A stretch of 60,557 nt of DNA, the filler included, from Sphacelaria rigidula (taxonomy: Eukaryota): the NCBI GenBank assembly GCA_964200075.2. It is 9 parts of 9 records of this genome, joined end to end, with 100 filler letters (N's around TTAATTAATTAA, not from the genome) between each part and the next. Parts side by side here need not be neighbours in the genome. Positions count along the whole stretch, not along the records: positions 33,701 to 40,340 come from CAXNAA020018899.1; positions 40,441 to 47,079 come from CAXNAA020018900.1; positions 47,180 to 53,818 come from CAXNAA020018901.1; 6 more parts are not named here. One strand, 5' to 3'. Below the pieces are notes generated by a model. That model made no database searches. It had not been told where the DNA came from and saw only the letters and a list, made by a program, of their open reading frames with translations. Shown here piece by piece: positions 39,007 through 51,680 of the stretch. A program made the position numbers and the translations under genes. How positions within the stretch are numbered: the stretch's first letter is position 1; the number at the start of each line of letters is the position of its first letter.

Positions 39007-39928
39007 ACGATGTACATGTGCATGAAGTGTATCTTCATCTTCAGATCAACTTCACAATGGGGGCATTCGCACTTTGAGATGAGTGATGCACGCCGACCGG
39101 CGTGATTACTCTTTCACGACGGTTCACATTGGGTTCCAATCGTAATCACCGGCAACTGTGGTACCCCGCAAACATCGCACATGCACATGTTTGTGCACAG
39201 TTGTCTCGGCGGTAAGGCAAAGTTCTCCTCCCGGCGCATCGACATCTTGAGCTATCATCTCTGGTGTATTATAGGGAGCGCATCACCGCGGTAACGACGC
39301 AGGTCTTATTGCGCACATCATGCGTCCTCAATCCGTTCCAAGCCAAGAAGTGATAACAACTTGTCCAAGACGTGGAAGCTGTGTATTTTTGGACTCCGCA
39401 CAAGGTTTCTGTATGTAGCGCGCGGTTGCTAAAGCCATCTTGTCTCGAAAACTGTCTCACCCTGGACAATATATGATCAATGGATGAAATAGTGAAACCG
39501 TGTACTGGGTAAATTATGGGGCTATTGCAACTATTGTCCACAATAGTTGCAATAGCTCCATAATTTACCCAGTACATTTTTGACTTTTGTATGTATCGAC
39601 CGTATATCGTCCAGGGTGTGAAAACTATGTTAAATTCCAAACGATTGGTATCAAGAACCGAAGGTCCGGTGACGTATACGGGTGTTCTGAGCTCCAATGA
39701 CCAAGGTGCTTAGACGGCGTCAACTTGCAGCAAACCTTGAGGAATACGAGAAAGTTTGAGTTCTCTGAGCTCTTCAGNNNNNNNNNNCCGTGTGTCCTCT
39801 CTGTGTTTCTCACGGAGCACAACACTTAGAAGTGAATATCAACAGATATCTCTGATCAAATACCATCTCATAGCGAAGGCAAAAACATCATGATTGTCAG
39901 CTCACGTACACCGGCATGACGCACACAC

Positions 39929-40085
39929 CTGATCGTACGAGTACGATACGGACGGTGACATGAAGTTGTCGGACAAAGCGTCCGCAGCAGCTCCTTGGCG
40001 AGGGGGATCTGGGTACGGATATAGCATCATCTCGTCCAAGAGCTCGTCTCTCATGAAGAATGTCAGGTACGCGTTACACATCAGC
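39929..40085 (-). CDS. Axonemal dynein heavy chain, exon 1 of 7 seen (RLMCNAYLTFFMRDELLDEMMLYPY...SYDQ)
   Basis: aag|g...cag|gt; matches the DHC lid region (DRRLCxxYL) and joins exon 2 in phase 0. The acceptor is less certain. Confidence 0.85.
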
Positions 40086-40476
40086 CTTATCCGTGAGCAG
40101 GTCGCGTTTCATAGAGCGCAAAGTAGATAATGCAAAGCACGTGAAGGGTGGAGACCGTGTGTCAATATTGTTGAAGCCGTAGCTATTCCCTGTTGTCCAT
40201 TTATACCGGTGGGCACATGTTTTCAAGGGGGTGGAGCCTTGATGAACGGAGGGGGGGGGGGGGGGCGTACTCATTTGTTGCTTGCCTTCGTCATTTGACC
40301 ATTGACCACGCTTCCCTTTCGAGACGGAGGAAACGGGGGGNNNNNNNNNNNNNNNNNNNNNNNNNNNNNNNNNNNNNNNNNNNNTTAATTAATTAANNNN
40401 NNNNNNNNNNNNNNNNNNNNNNNNNNNNNNNNNNNNNNNNCCCCCCGACCTCCCCCCCTCCCCCCCACCCCCCCCT

Positions 40477-40507
<31 letters not shown>

Positions 40508-42415
40508 CAATTTTCGAGAGCCACACGAATTGCTGCTATTCCCCCGAAAGTGGCCGATTTCCCAGGGAAGGAAGCACACCGTGCCCAGTTGAATTGTGGC
40601 TAGGCTCCTATCTGCCTTGCGTGTAACGTTTTTGTCAGTGGGTTGATGTATTGACCTGGTCCAGGATGAGCTAACCAACAACACTGCGTGTGTTCCGTGA
40701 TTCTACGTTACCCTAGGTAGGTTGTTTTCCACCATGGGCGTTTCTGAGATTTTCCGTTTCGCTTTTTGTTCTGCTTGATTTGTGCCAGCAATGATTTTTG
40801 TTGTTGTTGTAAAATTATATGTTCGAACGAGGACAGAACCAGCCATTTTGTGTCGCTGGTTGTGTCCCCCATATTATTTGGTGTAACGAGAAAACACGAA
40901 ACACTTTTTTTTTTTTTGTAGGAGTGATGTTTCTTTCGGCACTAAAACGCAGTCGGGAGTAGCTCTGAAGATCTCACCGGACATGACTGAAAAACACGTT
41001 ACTGGAGCACGTTACACCTATAAATTCGAGCAGCCTTAACAAGCGCGCATAGAGGCACCCACAGCACATGTGCATCACACCTAGCTGTAGCTCTTGCTCA
41101 TCTGCAGTGTTGTTTGTTTGATGGCGATGCGTTCTAGGCGGGTTCACGTGCTTGTTTTGATCAAATTATAACGCCAACGCTAATCTCATCCTCAACCCAA
41201 GGCACGCCGTGAGGGAGACTTCACCATTGAGCCTCTCAGTCGGGGTTGAATAAGTGGTCTTAAGGTGCAGTTCCTTTTTCCGACCAAAACAAATCTCGAG
41301 TTCTATTCTTCGTCTTTCCTCCCTTGCTTTCCTAGTACAGAATCTGAGGAAGGAGAGGGAATGTGATAAATGTTCACGCCCGGGAACACGTCAGTACCGC
41401 TGGCGAGAGGGGCAACCTGGAGAAGGCACCGAAGAGTTCTCGAGATGGAAGTGTTTTTTCTGTCCGTTGGACGAACTCCTCCTTTCTAATCACTCACTCC
41501 TGAGTAACATACTCTACTCGGGCGCTCTCTAATGAAACGATATGGAAGATATATCCTTCGCCAGGGGGCAACCAGTAGAGGGTACACACATACGGTGTTC
41601 TAGGGTACGGGTGAGTCGGCAGAGCTCAAATCCGCGCCCCAGGCATCGCTTTGAGCCAAAATGCGTGTTGACGCTAGATTATGGGGTAAGTCTCACGTCA
41701 GTCTTGAATTGATATGTTGCCTGACCTGGGTAAGAAATCTGCCCTCACATTATTTGATGGATGATTTTCACCGAAAAGTCGGAAGTTTTCAGATCGGTTG
41801 TCAAGACCCCTTAGTTGTTCATAATTTCGACTTTTTCGATACAAGAACGACATCTTCAAGAATATACATACAAACAAGTACAAGAGCCGCCACGATCAAT
41901 GGATCGACAATCGAAATGCATGTTAACTGGCGGTGGTGTGAGGAAGGCGTATCGCTAGAGTAGTCAGAGACCTACGGAGGGAGACTGCCGTCCTGATGCC
42001 GAAGGAACTCCGAGGCTGGCGATGATTTCCTCTTGTATATGTAAGCAAGAAGTGGGGTCAGACTAGGAGAGTAGTTGCCGTGGGCGACCAGTTCCTCGGG
42101 GGATGTTGGACCGTCCTAATATTAGGCTCTTCCTAGCATCACCCGGAGTTGTGTAGTTACGTCGGCAGTAGAGGGTCCTCGGTGATCTGGTCCTTCCGGA
42201 ACGTTCCTTCCTTGTCCCTGCTTGCGCTGGGTCTGCATACATGTGTGGCATCTGTCTCTGATGTCACTGCAAAGAGATATCCTCCACAGTAGTACCGAGA
42301 GAAGGCAAACCTGACCGTGTAAAGGTTCACGATGAGACACCATGCCTTATTATGTGCAATTATACAACCCTGTGCTTGCTGCAGAGTGCCGTTGGCCCTT
42401 TGTTTTTCATCATGA

Positions 42416-42935
42416 GTCATCTGTGTCACGCAGCAATATTTCCCGTGAAAGTTACGCCAATTCCACATACAATTACATCGGCACCCCAGCGCACCGGCGA
42501 ACAGACCTCGTTTTGCTTCTGGAGAAGTACTCGCACAGCAGTACAGAACAGTGGGGTGAATTAAGCACGGCACAGAAATAGAGCACACGCAGGTGAAGAC
42601 GATACTCGTATAGCAGCACAGCATAGTGTGTGCGTATTTTGTTTTCGCAGCAGTCCTGGCACTTTCGGGGCAATCCTTTGGCCGTCATATACGTCATCTG
42701 TGTCGCGCAGAAGGTTTCAAGTGGAAGCGATGCGAATTCCACATACATGCACCCCGGTACGGGAGCACACCACCGAGTAACCCTCGTTTTGCTGTCCGGA
42801 GCGGTACTCGTACAGAAGTGCAGAACAATGAGATGGATGAACTACGGCACGGTAGTAGTGTAGACGGCACTCGTATATCAGCACGGCATAGTTTGCGTGT
42901 TTTACGTTCGAAGCAGTCCCGGTACTCTCGGGGCA
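42416..42935. repeat. Two diverged tandem copies of a ~277-bp unit
   Basis: Blocks gtcatctgtgtc.cgcag, aattccacataca, cctcgttttgct, actcgtata.cagcac.gcatagt and gcagtcc.gg.act.tcggggca start at 42416 and 42693. Confidence 0.75.
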
Positions 42936-44619
42936 GGGCTGGCATGCCTCAAGCGTGTTTTGATCCTGCACGCATGCCACACCGTCTCAACTGTCATCAC
43001 CTCCTCTTTGTACTCTATGAACTGCTACTCGAAACAATTGTGTGCGCGCCCGGGTGCACCTTTTGACTTAATGCGCAACCTGGGATAATGGCGAAAATAC
43101 GTGCGGCTGGTCAGTGCCACAGGATCAACCCGACCGTGGTGACTTGGGCCACACGTTCAGTCGGAGCCAGGACACCCAACGCAGAGTACGGTAGTACAGC
43201 AACATGATGTTGTACTCTCTCTCATTTCTCGCCACTCGTCGCGTCGCTGAGTTCCTTTTATCTACTTGACTTCCCACTGCCAGCTTGAAAATAAAAATGT
43301 GCTCCGTTGCGGTTATTTCGAAGCTCACAATGTTTTGCACGCTTATCATCCGTGTATGATAATGCACGCCGACGTGTTATGAAGGGGGAAAGAGCTATCG
43401 TTTGGTGCACCCAGCGGCACAGAGAACTCAAGGTAGAGACCGTGGCGTGTACCGGAACAGAACACGATGGCGACTGTATTTTGCTATTCTATTCGTTAGT
43501 TGTGTTGAGTCTACCGGTACCGCCATGTTCACTATGCGGTCTCTACAGCAAAATGAGTGATGGTGTACAGACAGAACGGTACACATGGCAGTGTGTGAAC
43601 GGAAACGTTGGGGTGGTCCAGCTGACTTCGCACAACTCTGTTCAGAAGTCAGTGAGGTATGATCCGAAAATGATGTCTATTCCATTGTGGAATGATGCCG
43701 ACCCTGTCGTTTCATATCGTTCCACTTTAATCGAACATGCTGCCGACTTAATTTTTACGTAAAAACATGATGACGGTTGCGCAAAATGAGCATGGCCTGT
43801 ATGCCTTCGAGAGAGATGACCTCCGACGGTCGAAGGGTCCACCGAGAGGTCGAGAGAGGAAATCCATCAAACGAGACGCATCTCAACGTCAAAACGACAT
43901 GCCAAACGCAGGGCGGAAAGCGAATGAATGCCCAACCCAAGCTGAAACAGAGCACACCCTCATGTCCAGGGAATTGCGAGCGGACTGTCTACCGACAGGT
44001 ATCCGGCAAAAATCCATACTCGAAACTTGAGTGAAGGGGGGAATCATGGACTATTGGAGGTCGGCAGCGAAATGACACCTCTGCACAGGGATAAGATCTG
44101 ACATAAAATGTAACTGCTGTACGTTCTACACGGTTTTTGGCGCTTCGCGCCACCGCTGAAATCGGGCGATTCCAAGGCAAAAGATGCTGTGGATGTTTCG
44201 GCATTGAAGATATGATTCGCAGATAATTTAGAAAACTGGATAAAAATATGAGCCTGTGGAAGGAGGATGACGATCGCACGCGCGACTTCGTCGTTCGGGT
44301 CGTTTATGGGCCATGATGAAACTGCACAGAAGACCCTGATCATTATTTCCTCGTCAATGAGAACTTCCCACAGAAGATAAAGAACCCAACGGCACACAAC
44401 TGGTGATTATCGGTCAAAAGTCGTCAATGCGAAGACCTAACGGAAGACACTGACTCTGCGCTGCTTCTTTGCAACACCAAATATCAACCGTTTTGTGCAC
44501 AGAGGACACCACGGCTCAGGAGGTAGTGGCTGAAACTAGCACTGGGGAACTCATTCATCAATGCGCTCATCCCTACATCCTTCACGAGACCACCACGAGC
44601 CGAGGAAACCCTTTTATGC

Positions 44620-44890
44620 ACCCAAGCGGTTGCAAATAAGCGATGCACCCATTAGGGGGGAGAGAACGAGGGTTCGACTCTCGATGCATTGTTTTTTTTC
44701 TTCGCAGTGTCTGAATTCTACCGTGGGAAGCGTGAGAACATGAGTAAACAAAGTAGTCGACTGACTTTGTTTGACGTGAGTTGAGGCGGTGAGGCAGTGC
44801 TGACCCAACCCGCGAGACCAAATAGCAAGGCGTGTACCGGAGGAGAAATGGGTTACCCGAGGAAGGGGAGGGGCTCGAAGTGCGACAAAA
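44620..44890 (+). mobile_element. Probable SINE (B-box head, ends in shared aagtgcgacaa tail)
   Basis: gggttcgactc B-box-like motif at ~44670; the 3' end ggctcgaagtgcgacaa resembles the dispersed LINE-like tail. Confidence 0.45.
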
Positions 44891-47015
44891 AAGAATAGGG
44901 CGCTCACGCGCTACTTTAGGCCGAAGTCCTGCGGGCCGAATTCTGTCGACCGACGGGTCCTGGCCAGTTCATTCGAACTCGGACCAACTTGTGTTTGAAA
45001 CATTATGTGCTAGCGGTTAAGCTTCTGTGACCGGCCTCGAACCCCCGAACAACCCTACATCCGTATTTCGTTTCAACCATCTACCTTAACAGCTGGCACA
45101 TTCAGTCATTCAGCAGACGACTTCTTCAGGTGAAATTGATGTCGACTCAACAGCTGAGATATGCTGGGGGATGAAAGAGTTGATGTGTTCAAGTCGAAAA
45201 TCTCAATAACGCGGCCTGGATTACCTCGGATGTAACCCCAGGGTAGTCGGGGTCGTCTTTATCGAGCTTTTTTTTCAGCCTTTTATTCTTTTTACTTTGT
45301 CGGAAAATTTTCAGACTTTCCAAGGGAAAAACAGCAAGGATAGATTTTCCGATAGTTGCTGGTCAGTCTTGAATTTTCTATTCCTTGACTTGGTTAAGAA
45401 CTCTGCCGTCACATTTTAAAAATGTTGTTTGCCCGAAAAAGTCGAAAGAGTCTGGAAAAAGCGTCACTTTAACCATCCGACAGCGAGCATCGTTTTGAAA
45501 CAGTTCCACATGCTGACAGTTCAGGAACATCCGAGGGTTTCTAGGGGGTAGGGATGGTAGTTTTTTGAAGGGGTGGTGGTTTTTGAAGGGGGTGCGAGTC
45601 TGTAACAGCCCAAAAGCTCGCCAAGCCAACCATGTGTGTTGGAAGTTTCCTACGGAAAATTATATGTCAGGAATGAAGCCCGAGAGGAGCGCAGTGATCA
45701 TTCCGACCAAAAACAGTTTTCAAAATAGTCACTTTGTTCCCCTACGGGTGAACTACAGGTGGACCACTTCGCTGTCCAGCCATATTTCTCACTCCGGCCA
45801 TGACAATTCAACCATGAACACCACGCGCACGAACAACGTGCTTTGTACGCTGCTTGTGGTCTATGCCGCCTGCCTGACCCCTCCTGTGCTTCCAGCATAG
45901 CTCTACAGCGTGTGTAGTGTTTTTGCGGAAAAAACCCGAGCAGATACATAAGCAGCACGCAGTAGCCTGTCGTCATTGGAAAGCGATGGCAACGCTGACT
46001 GTTTCACGCCGTTAGTAGCAACGAAGACACTGTGCTCCTCGGACTATCCCGAGACGTATTATTTTTAATTTTTTATTTTGAGGCATTCTGTACCGCTTTC
46101 CGAGGATCTTCGTACCAGGAACCCCGGAGGCCGGTTCAGAGAGGATTTTTTTTTCAAATGTTGCCAAGAATATCATTTGTCCATTTGGAGCATCAATACT
46201 CACGGAACTGACAAGTATGAGGGCGATCTGAGCTTTTTTACAACATATATGGGAAAGCGTCACGAGGCTAACCCTAACACTAACCCTTCCGTGCGTATCA
46301 GTGGAAGTTGGACGACGTCAAAACCCCACACCACCTGAACATAACAGTTTCGGGTATAATTCGACCCCGTCGTAACCATGTTCAAATATATTTTTTCCGT
46401 AGGAATTTTCGAGCTGATGGCGGTTACTACGGTTTGAAGCATGTGGGGATTGGGTGAAATTGGGCTTGGAAATCACAATTTCGTTCTTGGAACAATTTGA
46501 ACGGCACTGATTGGCCGAGGTACCTTTTCGCTCTTAGTGCTACCGTTATGACGTTGAACACAAATCCGGCTATGTCACGCTCTTGGGCTGTCCATGGCGG
46601 TCAGTACGGTATCATGTGTGCGACTATTGGGTAGGTATTGCGAAATTATTTGCTGATGATACATTTTTGGGTGATGAGCATGAAGCAGCCTGTATCATAC
46701 CCCCATGTAGTGTCCCGCAGGATATGTGTCGTATCCTATGGCGTGATATTGACTCCGGACAGTGCTAGCTGACGTGGAGCGGTCCGTCAGATCGTGGCTG
46801 GGCTCATCGCTCAGCGTCCCAGTTGAGTCGCTCCTGGCCAAGACCCCAACATACATGTTAGAAGCTCAACACCTTGTCTCTCACGAAAGGAACTGTTCAT
46901 AGTAGTAGTAGTAGTAGTAGTAGTGGTAGTACTTGCTATGGTCAATTAGACAGGTCTTCATATTTCCTGTTTCATGCGGCACGGCGTCTCAGCGTGATGA
47001 CTCCAAAATATCAAC

Positions 47016-47063
<48 letters not shown>

Positions 47064-47253
47064 CTTCACATTAAAATACNNNNNNNNNNNNNNNNNNNNN
47101 NNNNNNNNNNNNNNNNNNNNNNNTTAATTAATTAANNNNNNNNNNNNNNNNNNNNNNNNNNNNNNNNNNNNNNNNNNNNAAGGAAATGATACTTCACGAG
47201 TCCAGCTGCAGATTCTCCTTTTTTCCCTGAAATTTCGAATCCCCATAACTTCC

Positions 47254-47284
<31 letters not shown>

Positions 47285-48138
47285 GCTGCTCACGTGATCT
47301 TCTGCATTTCGATCATAAAAAGCTGCTGTCAAAATTTCAGCGTCCAACTCCAAATATCTCGCCGTGCGTCGCCTGAGCGAGGTTCGCGCCTACTCTTGGC
47401 TGGCCCAGCGTTTACATCAGGTATATACGTAGTAAGGTACGCTCTCAATACTCCATCCCCAGGTTTTCGGCTCTTGGACCATTCTTTATGGCAATCGCGA
47501 AACTCGATCTGTACGCAGATCGGGGGAAGTCAAATGGGGAAACGCCCGCTATGAGCCTCAATGTGGCCCAAATCGGGGAAGCGCAGACTCGTGTGTCACG
47601 ATTTGAGAACGATTTTCGCCGATTCCGAGGGCAGATCGGGGGAAAATCGAGGTCCCCCGAATCTGTAGGAAGTAACGCATGTAAATTGACATACGGTGAT
47701 GGAGCAACAGGCGTTTGGTATTTTTGCAACGGCAGCAGGAGACGGTGTCGTGACAGCACAGGCCGTGCCTGCCAGCGCCAGCTGCTGGAGCAACTTCGCA
47801 CGGGTTTTGACAGGCGGATAAGAAATTGTTGACGCCGAACCCTGCGGCGATGGTAATATAGTATGCTGCGCTGCGCTGCTGTATGTATCATCATCATAAC
47901 GAACGGCGCTGTACTATCCTACTCGCTGCTGTCGCTGCACTTGCAGGGTGATCAATGGCGCTGCAATTGTAAACTCTTGTCGCATACTGTTCTCACAATA
48001 CCGACTGTACCATAATGTATTATCACACGGCATCATCGTTTACTGTGATTATGGAGTGCACTGCAGTGCATTATACCCTAGGGTACCATAATATACTACA
48101 ACACGGCATTATCGTGTACTGTGATTGTGGAGTGTACT

Positions 48139-48420
48139 TTTTTTTTTCGTCCCCAGAGAACAGGGAGGAACCTTTCACCATGCTCTTGGCTATTTCTAGT
48201 TTCGTCCAGCGCTTCGAGTCGCTCCACCCTCAGGCATGTCCACCCCAGAGGGCAGACATGTCCAGCGAATGTATGGGTAGGCACCAAGGTGGGAGTGCCC
48301 CCCCACCCAGGTAGTCTCGGACTTGAGACGAGGATATCCCGCACCGAGCAAACCTCCTACAATGTCCCCCAGCTCGACTCTGTACACGAGTCACCCTCCC
48401 CATCTGGGTGTCGGTCCTCA
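48139..48420 (-). mobile_element. Retroposed ~280-bp insertion with poly(A) tail and 16-bp TSD
   Basis: gattgtggagtgtact at 48123-48138 and 48421-48436; a T-run starts the insert on the + strand. Confidence 0.8.
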
Positions 48421-49217
48421 GATTGTGGAGTGTACTGCACTGCATTATACCCCAGGGTACCACGGTACGACGCTGCTCTTGAAGGATGATCCCCTGCCTG
48501 CCTGTTCTTCGGCTTCACTGTCTGTGACGCCACACCCCTGCAGAAAATGACACTCCGTGTACAGAAGGACTATTTCAACGAATGTGTGAAGCCATAACAT
48601 GGTAATGGGTACACACGGATCTGAGTTTCGCGAATCTGAGTCCCCTCGATCTGGCACAGATTGGGGTCCCGCCAGATTCGGGATTGGTCCCCACAAAAAG
48701 TGATCTTCGTGTCCGGTTTTCTTTTTTTTTCAAATACCCCAAGTGTAGGGAATACCCCTTCAGTACCCAACACACACACCCTTGCACAATTACGTTGTTC
48801 GAAATTTCGTGTTTCAGGGTTACTTGCCTCTTCATCAATACTAGTATAATACATATTTTTTTGTCCATAGACTTTGACTTGAAACCGACACAATTGGTGC
48901 TCCCTGCGCTGGAAGGTCCCCGGGCCACACCCGGCAATCCTTGGCTGTGGTCTGTAAGATGAAGATGTCGGAAATGGCCATGCATTATGTCGGTCTCGAC
49001 TGACGTGATGCGTGTTCCCCCTTTCAGGGTTAGGGTTAGGGTTAGGGTTGTTCGTGGTGCCTCTGTTTCCACCCTCGCTGATCATCGTTCCAAAAGGGGG
49101 AGAAAAAATGCCACGCGTTTTTTTTCCTGTGTCCGTGTCCGTGCCCGTGTCCGTGTCCGTGTTTTTTTTCCCGTCCCTTCTCTGTGATCATCGTTTACGG
49201 TTGTGTTTCTTTTCCAG

Positions 49218-49322
49218 CGCAATTCTCCCGTGTCGGTGGAGATCGCTCGAGTCATCGAGATCGGAGTTCGTGATTCTCAGGCCCTCGACACCGAAGCTCT
49301 CTGCATCCTTGGCGGGGAAAAG
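49218..49322 (+). CDS. RRP45: Exosome complex component RRP45 (EXOSC9), internal exon (RNSPVSVEIARVIEIGVRDSQALDTEALCILGGEK)
   Basis: cag|cgc...aag|gt, 105 nt; RNase PH-domain LDTEALCIxxGEKVW motif. Confidence 0.92.
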
Positions 49323-49589
49323 GTGTGCGCCGAAGTATCCCACCCCCTGGAGTACAAAAAAAAAGGCAGACGGAGGGAATGGGGAGATAGTGGGAGAGAA
49401 AGGAATGGACGGTTATATGAGGCTAGGATATACTTGTATATTTCATTCATTTATTTTGTCCATGGGTGCTACAACGCATGTGTCGTTATTTGGTGCGCTA
49501 GAAGACTGCCGAGCGAAACAAGATATTCATATCGTTCTTTCCATATTATTTCGCATATTTTTGCAGAGAATTTGTACCTGTTCTTGACG

Positions 49590-49591
<2 letters not shown>

Positions 49592-49658
<67 letters not shown>
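49592..49658. repeat. (CA)n microsatellite in RRP45 intron
   Basis: Read directly from the sequence. Confidence 0.95.
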
Positions 49659-49660
<2 letters not shown>

Positions 49661-49719
49661 AAGGTACAGTATGCCTTTTCTAGGTTAACGCCCTTTTTCT
49701 TCGTTGTCCAAAAACGTAG

Positions 49720-49825
49720 GTTTGGCAGGTGCGCTGCGATGTGCACATCTTGGATCACGGCGGGAACCTCATAGACGCGTCCACCATCGCTACAATGGCC
49801 GCGCTCAGGCATTTCCGACGTCCAG
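49720..49825 (+). CDS. RRP45: RRP45 internal exon (VWQVRCDVHILDHGGNLIDASTIATMAALRHFRRP)
   Basis: tag|gtt...g|gt, 106 nt; LDHGGNLIDA...ALxHFRRP is characteristic of RRP45. Confidence 0.95.
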
Positions 49826-50699
49826 GTGAACGGATCCAATATTTTTTGTGTACTACTATGTAGCAGTGTATTGGAAGCACTTATAGAAGTGGACCCGCAA
49901 TAGTAGACGTGGCATAGAGGAAACTCCGGAGAAGAGAAATCAGCCGCGTGTAATCGCTGTAAATCAGCCTTGGACTGACGACTATTGTGGTTCCCCTGTG
50001 TCGCTGGCTATAGCCCGTCCTTCGATTGGCTACTACTTTATAAATCCACCCTTTGTTGGAATGGACTTGCCTGCCTTATATTTACTGCACCTGCCCTAAG
50101 CGCTACTGTATAAGTGTCGCTGATTATTGGGAAGAAAAAAAAACTTCGCAAGGGCAGAAAGTCGCGGCGGAAGCCAAAAACGGCCCCTTTTTTTTACATC
50201 TGATTCCTTGCTGAACGTGCCCGGATCAGGCACTGTCTTGTCGGAGCCTGTACCACCTCATTGCTGGTACCATGCCGGGTGGTCTCTAGAGCGTGCCATC
50301 TTGTGTGCATTTTTTTTCCCGGGGGAGGGGTGCACAGGTGAAGCCCTTTGACATATTGGTTTGCGTCGGGACTTACGAAGAAGTAAGACGCAGCCTTCAG
50401 CCTCTGGAAACCAATAGCCATGCTCTCCACACGGTGGGGATAGGACGAAGTAGTGTTGGTCGGAGAACACAGACCTGCTCACGTGGTTGTGCCAAGCAAT
50501 ATGTTCTGGTTGCTGATGGAGAGGGTTTTATCGTGGTCGTTTTTTTCCTTATTTTTCGATAAAAGTTTCGTTCGTCCGCTTTCCCTCGTCATTCCCTTCC
50601 TTACCTTTCCTCTTTCATGTTCCATGTTCCATGTTCCATGTTCCATGTTCCATGTTTATTATTATTTATTTGTTGTCCCCTCTCTGTTTCCGCGAACAG

Positions 50700-50809
50700 A
50701 GGTGACAATCGACGGCAATGCGGTAGTGGTGCATCACACCGACGACAAGGAACCGCAGCCACTTGCCCTCCACCACGTGCCCATTTGCGTCACATTCGCG
50801 ATATTTGAG
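50700..50809 (+). CDS. RRP45: RRP45 internal exon (EVTIDGNAVVVHHTDDKEPQPLALHHVPICVTFAIFE)
   Basis: cag|ag...gag|gt; phase 1 joins the previous exon; PLxLHHxPICVTF motif. Confidence 0.93.
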
Positions 50810-50910
50810 GTGATTCTGATTCATGTGTATTATGTACATATTTACACTGCTTGCTCACTGTTCTCCTTCAGCGAGTGTCACCTACAATACTTGTACGTCG
50901 ATCCATCTAT

Positions 50911-50977
50911 CATGTGACCACAGCTCGATTCCTGGAGGCTCAGTTCAAGTGCGACAATCAATCAATCGAATCGAATC
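50911..50977 (+). mobile_element. LINE-like 3' end with (AATC)n tail; other copies at ~23976-24027 (+), 25386-25438 (-), 25845-25932 (-), 26659-26694 (+), 33892-33930 (-)
   Basis: Shared gaccac.gct.gat.cctgg.gg.tcagtt.aagtgcgacaatcaatcaatc with variable 5' truncation. Confidence 0.7.
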
Positions 50978-51431
50978 CCTTCTTTTCTTCCGATCGGTGA
51001 AAAAAAAAAGTGTTTCCTTCTTTTTGGATGTTGGTGACACTGGGGCCCAATGCGGTTAACGGCAGCTGTGGTAGAGTAGCTCCACTTCCGTCGGACGATA
51101 CAACGGCCCAGGCGTTTGGAGATCAATCTGATCAAATCACATTGCGCGAACCATGAGATAAAGGTGCAGGGGGGGGGGGGGGATAGTTTTGGGTCTTGTG
51201 TGTGTACTAGCTATCTTCTGGGAAGAGGTCAAAGCGTGTGCACTTGTGTGCGTATGATAACAAGTACGGTACTCTGGATCGCCACCCTCTGAATTTCTTG
51301 GAGCATTTCTTAAGAACTCGAGACTCTTGAGAAGAGTACCTGGAGTAGCGGGAAAATACCGGCTATTCCAAGCTTGTGTGTTTGTTCTGTAGACTGTAGA
51401 GTACTCGGAAGTGGGGACTTTCTTTGGTTTT

Positions 51432-51680
51432 GGCTATACGATAGGGGGGGGGGTATTTGGTTGCACGAAACAGTAGGCTCATAAGTGTGTCAGACATCCT
51501 TCCACACTCGCGTTGCGCTTGTATTTGGTTCCAAACGGTGTAAGGCAGTATGGATGAGCGTTATTGATCTACAACAAGCTCGTTCGAACAGCCGTTGCTG
51601 TTTTCAACGACGATCTGACTCGAAATTTCGAGCAACAAATAGCCCAAAATACCCCCCCCCCCCCTATCGTAGGATGGCTC
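51432..51680. mobile_element. MITE family B, copy 2 (inverted relative to 12217-12466)
   Basis: Internal homology to copy 1; right end cccctatcgtaggatggctc; left terminus degraded. Confidence 0.8.

Noticed and set aside
8340..50809. Functional cluster linking YR, INO1, dynein and RRP45
   Set aside because: Each lies on a separate, artificially joined contig.
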